Source of the DNA: Dehalococcoidia bacterium
Lineage (GTDB): Bacteria; Chloroflexota; Dehalococcoidia; SM23-28-2; RBG-16-64-32
DNA: 64,000 bases
NCBI GenBank assembly: GCA_030649945.1
Contig: JAUSFE010000040.1
Coordinates: 26,266-90,265 of the forward strand
Direction of reading: 5' to 3'
A program made the position numbers and the translations under genes. Positions 28,045 through 37,815 of the stretch are shown here, one piece after another. The notes under the pieces are model-generated. The model was not told where the DNA came from. It saw only the letters and a program-made list of their open reading frames with translations, and ran no database searches. Numbering within the stretch: position 1 is the stretch's first letter; every line of letters begins with the position of its first letter.

Positions 28045-28767
28045 TCAAACCGGCCCCCAGAACTCCTCCAGGTACGCCGCCGATTCCGCCGGGAACTGCT
28101 CGGGCCACCAGTGGCTCCCCGGCAGCGTCACGAGGCGCGCCCCCGCCCGCTCCGCCATCCGCTTCGCGAACTCGATCTGCGTGTATGGGTCCTTTTCGCC
28201 CCATATCAGCAGCCCGGGCCGGGCGCTCATCCCCTCGACGTCCGCGTGCCACTCCTTCATGTACGTCACCGCCGACCGGTACAGCGGCAGGACGCTCGCC
28301 TTCATCCGGTCGTCTACCCTGGACGCCACCTGCCGGGCGGCTTCCTCCGGCACCCCTTCGGTGGTCAAAGCAGTAACCATCGCATCCAGAGTGAACCCCG
28401 CCATCACCTGCTCGCCCGTCCCCGGCGTCTGCCACATCTTCGCCAGCGGGTGCCAGTCGTACCCCTCGTCGATCGCCGCGCCCCCGATCGCCCACGTCCG
28501 CACAAGGTCCGGCCGCACCTGAACCAGCCGCGCCGTCAGCAGCGCCCCCCAGTCGTGGCCAACGATGTCCACCGGCGCCCCAACCTTCTCCACCTCGCCG
28601 ATCAGCCACTCCAGGTACTCCTCCTTCGTGCACCCGAACCCATCGGGCAGGTCCGTGCCAAACCCCGGCAGCGAAACCGCGCTGGTGTCCTTGCGGGAGA
28701 GGCGCCCTCGAACCCCATCCCAGAGATGATGCGTGTCAGGCACCCCGTGTACGAATATCGCCGGCAT
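28045..28767 (-). CDS. Alpha/beta hydrolase
   Basis: FVHGVPD, GHDWG nucleophile elbow, WGEKDP, HWWP. Confidence 0.92.
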   Translation of the reverse strand: MPAIFVHGVPDTHHLWDGVRGRLSRKDTSAVSLPGFGTDLPDGFGCTKEEYLEWLIGEVEKVGAPVDIVGHDWGALLTARLVQVRPDLVRTWAIGGAAIDEGYDWHPLAKMWQTPGTGEQVMAGFTLDAMVTALTTEGVPEEAARQVASRVDDRMKASVLPLYRSAVTYMKEWHADVEGMSARPGLLIWGEKDPYTQIEFAKRMAERAGARLVTLPGSHWWPEQFPAESAAYLEEFWGPV

Positions 28768-28804
28768 GTTCCCTTCCTTCCTTATCCTTCCTTCTTCCCA
28801 CTTC

Positions 28805-29386
28805 TTATCGCGAGAACGTCCCCGTGATCTCGCCAGCCGCCAGCACATGCCCCTGCATCGCCGCCTCCACCTCGCCCCGCGAGGCGCCGGGCTCGAGGCC
28901 GAGCGCGGCGTGCAGCGCGTACACCGTCATGACATATGTGTGTGTCTGGCCCCCGGGAGGGCACGGCCCTGCGTAGCCGATCTCGCCCCTGCTGTTCGTC
29001 CCCTGCGCCGCGCCGTTCGGAAGGCGCCCGTCCTTCGACACCGATTCGAATCCAGTGTTGTTCGGCGGGATGTCGTACATCACCCAGTGCACGAACGGTT
29101 CGTCACCCGGAGCGTCCGGATCATCGAGGATGAGAGCGAACGACTCGGTGTTCCCCGGTTCGCCACTCCAGGATAGCGGGATCGGCGCCTCAGCGCCGTC
29201 GCAGCTGAACTTGACCGGGATCTGACCTCCCTCGGCGAAAGCCGGCGACACCACCGCCAGCACGTGGACCTGTGGAGACGGCGACGCCGTTCCGCTCGGC
29301 GGCCCGCCACGGGCGCCGTTATCACCGCCGCAGGCGGCCAGGAGCAGCACCGGCACCACCACGGCCCATGTCCACCTCACGATCAT
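28805..29386 (-). CDS. YbhB/YbcL (PEBP/RKIP-like) lipoprotein
   Basis: LAACGG; DDPDAP, FVHWV, YAGPCPP..H.Y. Confidence 0.92.
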   Translation of the reverse strand: MIVRWTWAVVVPVLLLAACGGDNGARGGPPSGTASPSPQVHVLAVVSPAFAEGGQIPVKFSCDGAEAPIPLSWSGEPGNTESFALILDDPDAPGDEPFVHWVMYDIPPNNTGFESVSKDGRLPNGAAQGTNSRGEIGYAGPCPPGGQTHTYVMTVYALHAALGLEPGASRGEVEAAMQGHVLAAGEITGTFSR

Positions 29387-29400
29387 GGCCCGCCCTCCCG

Positions 29401-30687
29401 TTACAGATACCTCTCCGCCATCTCCCCCGGCACCGCGTTCGCCCGCGCGATCTCGGCGAACATCGCCGCGCTCGGCTTCGGGATGCGGCGCAGCGTCCCC
29501 TCCTCGCGGGCGAACAGCCCGAACTTCTGGCGGAAGCCCTCCGCCCACTCAAAGTTGTCCTGGAACGTCCAGTGCAGATAGCTGCGCAGGTCCACTCCCT
29601 CGCGCAGGGCCCGGTGCGCCTGCGCCAGGTGGCGCACGACGTACCGGCGGCGCTGCTCGTCGTCGTCCGTGCCGATGCCGTTCTCTGTTATGTAAACCGG
29701 CACCCCGTACCCGGCCGCCCTCTTCAGGCACTGATAAAATCCGTCCGGATACACCTCCCAGCCCATCGTGCTCGTCTCCGCGTCCGCCGGCGGCGGAACC
29801 TGCTCGATCATGGCCGGCGGCGGCCCCGCCTTCACCACCGCGCGGGAGTAGTAGTTCACTCCCACGAAGTCCCACGCGCCCTTGAGCCCCTCCACCGGTT
29901 CGCCATCCCCCGCCGGCGGGCCGATGACGCCGTCCCGCAGCCCGTCCAGCCAGTACGCGTTCAGGTACTGGTCCATGAGCTGCGCCGCCTGCCGGTCCTC
30001 CTCCGTGTCGCCGCCGGGCATCACGTATGTCATGTTGATCACCGGGCCGATCTGTGGGCTGTGCGGCGCCGACTCCCGGATCGCCTGGTGCATGCGTCCC
30101 AGGGCGATGAGCACATGGCGTGTCGCGGTCAGGAACTCGCGCGGATCGCGATGGCAGGGCGGGAACTCGCCCATCAGATAGGCGGCCGCCGGCGTCACCG
30201 AGGGCTCGTTCACCGTCAGCCAGAACGGCACAGCGTCGCCCAGCTGCTTCGCCATGTAGGCGGCGTAGCGCCCCAGCAGCGCCGGCGCCTGCGGGTTCAA
30301 CCAGCCGCCCTGTTCCTCGAACCAGACGGGGTTGCAGAAGTGGTGCAGGGTGGCGAACGGCGTCAGGTTGTGCCGGCGCAGGCAGTCCACAACGCGCCGG
30401 TAGTGCTCCACTTCCTTCTCGTCCCAGCGCCCCTCCTGCGGCTCGATGCGGCTCCACTCGATGGAGAAGCGGTAGGCGTTGTGGCCAAACTCCTCCATCA
30501 GCCGGCAGTCCTCCTCGAACCGGTTGTAGTGGTCGCACGCCGGCCCGGAGGTCGTCCCGTCCTTGACGTGCCCGCCCTCCTGCTCCCACCGCCACCAGTG
30601 GTTGTTGCGGTTGTTCCCCTCCACCTGGTGCGAGGATGTCGCCGTCCCCCAGTGGAAGCCGTCTGGAAACCTGAGCTCCTGCCCCAT
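29401..30687 (-). CDS. Glycoside hydrolase family 1 (beta-glucosidase-like)
   Basis: FPDGFHWGTATSSHQVEG, YRFSIEWSRI, TVNEP, ITENG, DNFEW. Confidence 0.96.
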   Translation of the reverse strand: MGQELRFPDGFHWGTATSSHQVEGNNRNNHWWRWEQEGGHVKDGTTSGPACDHYNRFEEDCRLMEEFGHNAYRFSIEWSRIEPQEGRWDEKEVEHYRRVVDCLRRHNLTPFATLHHFCNPVWFEEQGGWLNPQAPALLGRYAAYMAKQLGDAVPFWLTVNEPSVTPAAAYLMGEFPPCHRDPREFLTATRHVLIALGRMHQAIRESAPHSPQIGPVINMTYVMPGGDTEEDRQAAQLMDQYLNAYWLDGLRDGVIGPPAGDGEPVEGLKGAWDFVGVNYYSRAVVKAGPPPAMIEQVPPPADAETSTMGWEVYPDGFYQCLKRAAGYGVPVYITENGIGTDDDEQRRRYVVRHLAQAHRALREGVDLRSYLHWTFQDNFEWAEGFRQKFGLFAREEGTLRRIPKPSAAMFAEIARANAVPGEMAERYL

Positions 30688-30705
30688 GCGCTTCGCTCCG
30701 CCGGA

Positions 30706-30750
30706 CTACCGACGCTGTCTTTGCTCCAGCATCACCTTGACGATCGGCGA
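30706..30750 (-). pseudogene. 3' fragment of a paralogue of the GrdB/PrdB-like gene
   Basis: SPIVKVMLEQRQRR* matches SPIVKMLIDQRR near the end of 32408-33292. Confidence 0.55.
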
Positions 30751-30820
30751 GCGCGACCATCGCCAAAGCGAGCCCCCGGCCCTGGGCAGTGGGAGCCCTC
30801 TAGCAAGTGCCACTGATCTC

Positions 30821-31153
30821 CTATCCTTTATCTCCCGGTGGCCGATATGTGATCGACGAGGACTTCTGCAGGGCTGCGAGCGTCTCCTCAACCGTCAGCA
30901 AGACAGTCGTCTGGAGGGAGCTCAGTGCTCCGCCGGCGCTGATTGCGATCGCCGTGGCTGCCATCGAGACGTTATCCGGGGCCTCCCACAAGGTGTATGC
31001 GTCGTGATCGCCGAAGGCATACCAGAAACCATGCAACTTTCCGCCGACCGCCTCGATGTACTGCTTGGCTGCCGCTCGGCGGTCCTCGGGGTTCTTGATG
31101 AGCTTCGCCCACGTTGCCGGTGTGTAGCTGAACCGGGTCAGGTAGAACGGCAT
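30821..31153 (-). CDS. GYD-domain protein
   Basis: PEDRRAAAKQYIEAVGGKL..FWYAFGDHD. Confidence 0.85.
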   Translation of the reverse strand: MPFYLTRFSYTPATWAKLIKNPEDRRAAAKQYIEAVGGKLHGFWYAFGDHDAYTLWEAPDNVSMAATAIAISAGGALSSLQTTVLLTVEETLAALQKSSSITYRPPGDKG

Positions 31154-31245
31154 CGGTCTTCCTCCTTCGCTTTCATCCCGCCGGCGGCAAAGTGTGTCGG
31201 ATCAGATATCCCTAGCGTGCGCTTCGCGCGTCTGCACCGCAAGAC

Positions 31246-31339
31246 CCACTGGTTATTGCGACAGTTGCCCTCCACCTGGTGCGACGAGGTGGCCCGTCCC
31301 CCAGAGGAAGCCTTCCGGAAACGCCAGTGGATTAGTCAT
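31246..31339 (-). pseudogene. Frameshifted 5' fragment of a second GH1 gene
   Basis: MTNPLAFPEGFLWGT (+1 G) ATSSHQVEGNCRNNQW, then similarity stops. Confidence 0.8.
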
Positions 31340-31364
31340 CAGCCGTCCATTTTTCTTGCGTCAG

Positions 31365-32336
31365 TCAAAGCCGTATCTCCTTCTCCAGCCAGTCGATCTT
31401 CTCGTTCTTTCGCCTCCAGAAGACGTCTTCCCAGATGTAGTGGACCGCGAGCATCGAGTACCTGCCGTACCGGCTCGTGATATCGTCCCTGATCAGGTCT
31501 GCCGGCACCAGCGGCCTCTTGTAGAAGAGGCGGGAGTAGATCTTCTGTTGCCAGGGGGCGATATGGTCGAACGTGTCGTACTGATGGCAAGCTTCAAACA
31601 ACAGAATGCGCGCACTTTCGGGACCAACTCCGTACAGCATCATCAGTTCCCGTTTGGCGTCGTCCTTATCCAGGCCTCGAATCCGGTCTTCATCCACCTT
31701 TCCTTCGGCGAAATCCTGCGACAAGCGCTTCACGAACTTTGCTCTGTACCCGATTTTCAAGTCTCGCAAGTCCTGTTCCGAAACGTTCGCGAGGTCTTCC
31801 GGCAGCCAGACTGCAAACATATTCCTGCCGTCAAACTCGAGTCTCGTGCCGTAGTTCTCGAGGAGTGCGCTCATCATCTGCACGGTCCTCCTCACAGTCG
31901 CATTCTGAAGGACCACGGCGACAATCAAGAGGTCATACAAGCCATGGGCTGTCGAATTCCGCATCCCCAACCACCTCTTGAAGACCGGGAAGAAGCACTT
32001 GTCGGCCTTCGCCAGTTTGTTGAACTCGCTCAGGTCGGCGTCCAGGTCGAAGCGCCAGACAATCTCGCGCTTGACGGTCTCTATCTCGCTGTCAAAAATC
32101 GCGCCGTCGTGGAAGACTGAGACCCCTAGACTGGGCTTTCCGGCTTCCGTCCTGTCCTCGACCTTCAATCCAAAGAGCTTCTTGCCCGCGCGGATCGCCT
32201 GCCAGTACTTGCCGGGCTCCCAGGCGCTCAACCCATCGGGGAAGTGAGACGGCTTGTGAAAAGTCCCGTCGAAATGGAACGGGGCCGAGGGCGCGACGAG
32301 GAACTCTGTGTTGTCCGGAAGTACCAGCGACTTCAC
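31365..32336 (-). CDS. HhH-GPD DNA glycosylase-like protein (AlkA/Ogg family)
   Basis: LKIGYRAK, LYGVGPESA helix-hairpin-helix; visibly more AT-rich than flanks. Confidence 0.8.
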   Translation of the reverse strand: MKSLVLPDNTEFLVAPSAPFHFDGTFHKPSHFPDGLSAWEPGKYWQAIRAGKKLFGLKVEDRTEAGKPSLGVSVFHDGAIFDSEIETVKREIVWRFDLDADLSEFNKLAKADKCFFPVFKRWLGMRNSTAHGLYDLLIVAVVLQNATVRRTVQMMSALLENYGTRLEFDGRNMFAVWLPEDLANVSEQDLRDLKIGYRAKFVKRLSQDFAEGKVDEDRIRGLDKDDAKRELMMLYGVGPESARILLFEACHQYDTFDHIAPWQQKIYSRLFYKRPLVPADLIRDDITSRYGRYSMLAVHYIWEDVFWRRKNEKIDWLEKEIRL

Positions 32337-32407
32337 CGCGAGAGTCCGTCAATACTGGAAACCGCTCGCCAGGCTGAGAGACCTGGCGCCGGCGCGCCCT
32401 CCACCAC

Positions 32408-33292
32408 CTACTCCCCCTCCTGCCGCTCCTGCACCGCCTGCGCCCGCCGCTGGTCGATCAGCATCTTCACGATGGGCGATGGCTCCAGCGGCTGCCAGTC
32501 CCGCTTTGCCTCGTCGAATGGCTGCGGCCACTCGATCTCCAGCTCCCGCACCTCGCCTCCGCCTGAGCCGGACGCCTCGTCCAGCAGGCGTAGCGCCTCG
32601 CGGATGATCCGCAGCTGCGTCTCACGGTCCCCCGGCATCCCCAGCGGGTGGCCGAACGGGAACTCGACGCCGATCGTCCTGGGCGCACCCATCTTCTCCG
32701 ACCAGTACGGCATGTTCGTCACGATCACGGTGCTCAGCCCCAGGCTCTCCAGTCCGCGTGCCAGCACGGGCACGTTGCGGGCGCAGTCCGGTCAGGCGGG
32801 TGTCAGCAGGGCCACGTCCACCGCCTCGTCCTTCATCAGCCCGGCCACTTCCGGGATGTACTTCTCCCGCCACTCGGCAGTGTTGTTCTGGTAGCCCATG
32901 AAGGAGTAACTGGTGGGCGCCAGCGAGCCAACGTCGCCTGCCGTCTCCAGCTCGCGGAACCGCTCCACCGGCAGCACGATGTTCACGTCCATCAGCAGGT
33001 CGCGATTGTTGATGTGCAGGTGGCTGGCGCCTATCTGATCCTGGCGGACGTCGCTGGGGATGCGGCGGTACGTCGGGTCGCCCCACATCGGCTCGCGCCG
33101 CTCGCGCTCGGCGTCAAAGGGCGGCTCCACCCCCTTCACGTAGATGCCGGCGGTGGTCACCAGGGCGAACCGGGCCTCGCGCACAGGCTTGCGCAGGGGC
33201 GTCCAGGGGATGGGCTCCTGCCGCTGGACCGCGAGGTTGCGGTAGTACGCGGCGATGGATCCCGGCAGGTATTTGAAGCTGTCCACGGGCAT
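32408..33292 (-). CDS. Glycine/sarcosine/betaine or proline reductase selenoprotein B-like protein (Sec at UGA 32792-32794)
   Basis: Two same-frame ORFs joined by TGA give LLTPA-U-PDC (UxxC); FALVTTAG, DVNIVLP, FPFGHPLG motifs. Confidence 0.85.
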
Positions 33293-33468
33293 GGCGGCAC
33301 CTCCAGTGCTCCGCCCATTCTAGCAGCCGGCCGGCCGGGTTGCGCACGGTCTGCGGCTGATTACCGAACGTTCACCCCGCGTCAACCGGCGGCCGGTAAC
33401 GATGCCGGCGCCCGCCGCCTCATACCTAACGGGAGAGCCAGACAGCAGTCAGGAGAAAGGACACGCAG

Positions 33469-34065
33469 TTGCTCCGTCAGTTCGACGATCTCTACATCCC
33501 GCAGGACGAACGCACGCTGCAGCGCATCCAGCGCCGGGCCGACGAGATCGATCGCCGCGTGCGCAACTGGGCCCAGTCCGTGGTGAACGTCTTGCCCCGG
33601 GGCCTCTCGCTGCACGAGGACGAGGTCTACATCCTGAGCCTGTTCCTGGCCCAGCAGAGGCGTCTGAACCTGGAGATGGACTCCCTCAACCCGCCGGTGA
33701 CCCTGCGCACCCGCCTGGGCCGCGTGCTGCCGCTGGTGGGCGAGGCCGAAGAGGACCCGGAGCTGCTGCGCGCCTTCCATCGCATAGTCTCCACGCGGCT
33801 GGAATCCGACATCGACCGCGCCTGCGGCTTCTTCTGCCGCGACCAGAACGTGCCCCCTATCTCCGACCCCGCTATCGATTGGCGCGTGGCCATCCGCTTC
33901 ATGGCCCAGAGCCTGCACAGCCTGGCCAACCAGATCGACATGCGGCAGTACGGCAGCTCCCCGCGACGCTTCGAGCTGGCAGTGCTGGCGCGCGACCTGG
34001 CGCCCGCCGTCGTCGATAAGCGTCGCGCGCTTCTCGCCGCCTTCAGCACAGACCCCGTGCTGTAG
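33469..34065 (+). CDS. Hypothetical protein
   Basis: 198 aa ORF with GC-rich third positions and an AGGA RBS; no family recognised. Confidence 0.65.
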   Translation: MLRQFDDLYIPQDERTLQRIQRRADEIDRRVRNWAQSVVNVLPRGLSLHEDEVYILSLFLAQQRRLNLEMDSLNPPVTLRTRLGRVLPLVGEAEEDPELLRAFHRIVSTRLESDIDRACGFFCRDQNVPPISDPAIDWRVAIRFMAQSLHSLANQIDMRQYGSSPRRFELAVLARDLAPAVVDKRRALLAAFSTDPVL

Positions 34066-34161
34066 GTGGAGCGGTAGAACAATAGAGCAATAGAGCAACA
34101 GAACAGGCGGCCCCACGCTCCACTGCTCCCTTGCTCGGACGACGCAGGTTGGGGCCGGGGG

Positions 34162-34246
34162 CACTGTCCACTACCCACTACCCACTACCCACTATCCACT
34201 ATCCACTATCCACTATCTCCACTATCCACCATCCACTATCCACTAG
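34162..34246 (+). repeat. Heptamer tandem repeat CACTA(T/C)C, about 12 units
   Basis: Read directly; one 2-nt interruption at 34218-34219. Confidence 0.92.
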
Positions 34247-34258
34247 TACACTCATCCC

Positions 34259-34963
34259 GTGCGCCCCCTGGTCATCTCCCACGCCGCCTGCGCCGGCCAC
34301 GCGCCGGAGAACACCCTGGCCGGCATCCGCCGCGCGCTGGAGCTGGGCGCCGACGGCATCGAGATCGACGTGCAGACGACGGCCGACGGCGTGCCCGTCC
34401 TCATGCACGACCTGACGGTGGACCGCACGACCAACGGCCACGGCGAGCTGGCGAAGATGAGCCTGGCGCAGCTGCGAGGGCTGGACGCCGGCGGCGAACC
34501 GCCACCCACGCTCGCCGATGTCCTCCAGCTCACGAAGGGCCGCGCGCTCCTCGTCGCGGAGATCAAGCAGCCGGGCATCGAGGAGCATCTCGCGGGGGCG
34601 GTACGCGAGGCGGAAGCCGTGGACGACGTGATGGTCTGGTCGTTCTTCCCGCAGGCGCTGGCGGCGATGCGCGCAGCCGAGCCAAGCCTGCCGGGCGGCC
34701 TGCTCCTGGGGCCACAGACCCTGCCGCAGTGGCCGGAGATGCGCAGGCTGGCGTTGAGTCTGGGCCTGCAGGCGGTGAGCGTCTTCTGCTATGGCATCAC
34801 GGAGGAGATACGCCGGGACACGCAGCGCAGCGGCCTGGCGCTGTACGCCTGGACGGCGGACCCGGTGGAGGAGATCGCGCGGCTGATCGCCCTTGGCGTA
34901 GACGGCGTCTGCACCAACTACCCGGACCGCGCCCTGGCGCTACTCAGCCCACAGGCGTCCTGA
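34259..34963 (+). CDS. Glycerophosphodiester phosphodiesterase family protein
   Basis: APENTLAG, GIEIDVQ.T.DG..V.MHD, GVCTNYP. Confidence 0.92.
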   Translation: MRPLVISHAACAGHAPENTLAGIRRALELGADGIEIDVQTTADGVPVLMHDLTVDRTTNGHGELAKMSLAQLRGLDAGGEPPPTLADVLQLTKGRALLVAEIKQPGIEEHLAGAVREAEAVDDVMVWSFFPQALAAMRAAEPSLPGGLLLGPQTLPQWPEMRRLALSLGLQAVSVFCYGITEEIRRDTQRSGLALYAWTADPVEEIARLIALGVDGVCTNYPDRALALLSPQAS

Positions 34964-34999
34964 CTGACGCGCGCCCCCTTGCTATACTGAGAGCAAGGT

Positions 35000-35075
35000 A
35001 GGGGCGTAGCTCAGTTGGAAGAGCGGCGGTCTCCAAAACCGCAGGTCGGGGGTTCGAGACCCTCCGCCCCTGCCA
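35000..35075 (+). tRNA. tRNA-Trp(CCA), integration target
   Basis: AGGGGCG acceptor, GCGGT-CTCCAAA-ACCGC, GTTCGA, CCA end. Confidence 0.95.
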
Positions 35076-35130
35076 CTAATTCGTATCTGAAATCGGCCTC
35101 AGAGCGCCGTCCAGTCCGCGAGCCGTGGGC

Positions 35131-35155
35131 GTTTGACAGCAGATTTGACAGCAAC
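35131..35155 (+). repeat. Putative integrase arm-type site, left
   Basis: GTTTGACAGCAGATTTGACAGCAAC, identical at 42788-42812. Confidence 0.75.
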
Positions 35156-35271
35156 CAGCGACGCAACGGGGTGCTAAACGCTCTCGGCCACGGCCACGAT
35201 CACCGCAGGGCAAGCCGCGCGAAGGCTTCAGTAGGTGATATCATCCTGACTTAAAGCAAGGAGATGCATCG

Positions 35272-35517
35272 ATGACACGGCTCTACTGGAAAGCCAAAGA
35301 CGCAATCGAATTCGCGCGGCGCTTCGAGGCGCTCTGCGATGCCACAAAGGGCACCCCTAATGCCCCGCTTGTGGACCGGCTCGGCGAGGTGCTGACCCTG
35401 GAAGGCACGGACACGACAGCGATCTTTCACACCCTCGCGAAGGGTGCCAGCGCGTCCCAACTCCAGGTCCTGCAGGACATCTACGAAGCCGAAGGGTTCC
35501 AGGCTGACGGCTACTGA
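35272..35517 (+). CDS. Small hypothetical protein
   Basis: AAGGAG RBS, 81 aa. Confidence 0.6.
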   Translation: MTRLYWKAKDAIEFARRFEALCDATKGTPNAPLVDRLGEVLTLEGTDTTAIFHTLAKGASASQLQVLQDIYEAEGFQADGY

Positions 35518-35801
35518 GCGGGACGCGCTCTTACCCGCCGAAACATAGGTTTCAGTCCCCGGCACCGTCCCAAATGTAGGCCGCAAGGGGTGGTTAGCCG
35601 GGCTCGCAACTACCACGGCCCGCTACCACGCCCCGCACGGGGCGCAGCCGCGCCAGGCGCACGGCAGGCCACTACCCCCCCCTTCATTTTCCCCGGAGTT
35701 GTTGTCGGCAGACTTCATTGCAGCCTGCAAGGAAGTGGTTTCGCCGTCACGCTTGCCCTGCTCGCGTTCCAGTTCTGCTAATAGCGCCCCGCCAAGACTA
35801 G

Positions 35802-36404
35802 TTAGCGCTGCAACACGCTGAGCGGCGGGTCCGCTACCTGTAGGCGCGCCGCTGCCATGATCCGCGCGCCGTGATGGGCCACGAAGGCGCTTGCGTAGTC
35901 GCTGGCCGCCGCCTCTTGCTGCTCGTAAGTCGCGCCGGGATGTAGTGGGGTGTAGTGCAGATGATGGACTTCATGGGCCACGGTGCGAACGGAGGATTCA
36001 GCGTCCTGTTCGGCGCTAACCCAGAACTGCCCGCGCTCCCATAGGGCGACGCCGGTCAACTCAACGTCGGAGGTAATGAGGACTCGCCCGCTGCCGCCAA
36101 ACGCCTCGAAGTAACCCATATCGCCCGCCACGTTAAGCTCGTCACCGGCCAAAAAGTGCGCGTATTCCGTGGCGGCCTTTAAGAGCGCCGGCGGCGAGTG
36201 ACAGCGCCCATACTTGAAGGTAGCGGCCTGACTGGCGGCGACGGCGAGTACGGAGATGACAGGTCTTAGCGGCACTTCCACGCGATACGGCTTCGATTGC
36301 TCCTTGACGATTGCCCGCGCTCTTTCGAGAATGTCGCCCGAGATCAGCCCCGGCGGAAGAGCCGGGCGGAAGAGCGACGGCGGGTCCGCGTATCGCAGTG
36401 TCAT
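35802..36404 (-). CDS. HExxH metallopeptidase-motif protein (ImmA/IrrE-like)
   Basis: TVAHEVHH...EQQEAAASDYA; ATGA overlap with the upstream gene. Confidence 0.6.
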   Translation of the reverse strand: MTLRYADPPSLFRPALPPGLISGDILERARAIVKEQSKPYRVEVPLRPVISVLAVAASQAATFKYGRCHSPPALLKAATEYAHFLAGDELNVAGDMGYFEAFGGSGRVLITSDVELTGVALWERGQFWVSAEQDAESSVRTVAHEVHHLHYTPLHPGATYEQQEAAASDYASAFVAHHGARIMAAARLQVADPPLSVLQR

Positions 36405-37009
36405 TTCGCCTCTCCCGCCTGGGCAATCATCGCCCTCAACGCGGCGAGCCTTCCGGCGACTTCGCCAGCACTGAGCGCTTCCAACTTCAGCGCTTCCGCC
36501 TGCAACCGGGCCTCGTTGATCGCTGCCAACTGGGCTTGCACGGCTTCCCCGTTGCCAGTAAGCGGCGAGCGCTGTTCCGTCACCAGGTTCAGCGTCCCGC
36601 CTGAGACATTGATTGGAGTCCGGCGGACTTGCTCGAAGAGGACGCTCAGCTCGCCCAGGAACGCGGCGATCTCGGGGTCCGCCGTCGCCTCAAGCTCCGC
36701 ACTCAGCGCGTCACGCTCGCGGGCGAAGCGGGCGCGAAGGTTGCTCTCCACAATGGCGGCCTCCCGGAGCGCGGCCGTCGCCGTCTCCACCGCCGTCTGT
36801 GCAGCTCCCACGCGGGCCTGGGCTTTGGCGCGGGCGTCAACGAGTGCAGGTAACGCCGCCTCAAAGTCCGCCGTCAGCGCTGCTATCTGCACCGCCTTTG
36901 CCTTGCGGAGTGCGAGCTGCTCTCGGGCGTCTTCCTCGATGATTCTTTGCCCAATCGGCCCGGAAGTCAGCCTGTCCAAAACCCTTTGCGTGAGCGTTGG
37001 GTTTGTCAT
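36401..37009 (-). CDS. Coiled-coil hypothetical protein
   Basis: AGGAAAGGGG RBS, Ala/Glu/Arg-rich helical sequence. Confidence 0.7.
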   Translation of the reverse strand: MTNPTLTQRVLDRLTSGPIGQRIIEEDAREQLALRKAKAVQIAALTADFEAALPALVDARAKAQARVGAAQTAVETATAALREAAIVESNLRARFARERDALSAELEATADPEIAAFLGELSVLFEQVRRTPINVSGGTLNLVTEQRSPLTGNGEAVQAQLAAINEARLQAEALKLEALSAGEVAGRLAALRAMIAQAGEAK

Positions 37010-37052
37010 GTTGTTGCCCCTTTCCTGGCTAGTCGTTTGGTTCGTACTCCGG

Positions 37053-37379
37053 TCATGTACCTCGTGCGACACCGAGGGGGGTGCCTCTCGTCTTCCCCAA
37101 CAGCAGGCGAAGGCGGGCCTCGGCGGCAGCGATGCGCGAATTAGTCGCCTTCAGCCGGTCCTTCCAGCGCGTGCCGTACACGTACCGCGTGTATTCGTCG
37201 TCTGGCAGGGTGCGGTAGTGGCTGGCGTCTGCCTCCAGGGAGCTGAGAAGGCGTTGGACGCGCCGGACCTCGTAAGCCGCGGCCTGCCTGCATATCTCGC
37301 CGCAGAACAGTCGCGGGCGTCCCGTCTTTGGTTGCTGAAGAGCCGTTCCGCACTTGGCGCAACCTAGTTTCTCAGACAT
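37053..37379 (-). CDS. Small Zn-finger protein
   Basis: CAKC...GRPRLFCGEIC. Confidence 0.6.
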   Translation of the reverse strand: MSEKLGCAKCGTALQQPKTGRPRLFCGEICRQAAAYEVRRVQRLLSSLEADASHYRTLPDDEYTRYVYGTRWKDRLKATNSRIAAAEARLRLLLGKTRGTPLGVARGT

Positions 37380-37473
37380 GACCCCCCCTGCCGAATACGC
37401 GGGCAAAAACGCGGCGCTGCACACCGTATTAGAAGCGATGGCAGGCCCAGCGATTTGGCCCGGATATTGGGGG

Positions 37474-37815
37474 TTAGGACCATCGCCCACCGTCCCTCAG
37501 GCGCTCCGTCGCACTCTTCCGGGAATGACAGGAGTGGCAAAGGCTTTCCAGCCCCGCCGGGTCGAGGCGCGCGCCCCCCTGGCTCACGGGACGTACATGA
37601 TCCACCTGCTCGGCCGGCTTGCCGCATCGGACGCAGGTCGGGTTAGCCGCGATGTACGCGTCCCTGACCTTCCGCCAGTCCGGGCCATAGACACCGCGCC
37701 GCAGTGGGTTGCGGCCGCGTTCATAACTGGCCAGGTGCTCGGCGCATAACCCGCCCCGCTTGGCCGGGTGCGAACAGGCGGAGAGCCGACACGGGGTGTT
37801 CACGCGGCTCGGCAC
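37474..37815 (-). CDS. Phage-type HNH endonuclease (HK97 gp74-like)
   Basis: YGPDWRKVR..YIAANPTCVRC, VDHVRP..GG, LCHSCHSRK. Confidence 0.88.
   Translation of the reverse strand: MPSRVNTPCRLSACSHPAKRGGLCAEHLASYERGRNPLRRGVYGPDWRKVRDAYIAANPTCVRCGKPAEQVDHVRPVSQGGARLDPAGLESLCHSCHSRKSATERLRDGGRWS

Noticed and set aside
32408..32773. Separate 121-aa gene or nonsense pseudogene
   Set aside because: In frame with the upstream ORF across a UGA in a UxxC motif; better explained as selenocysteine readthrough.
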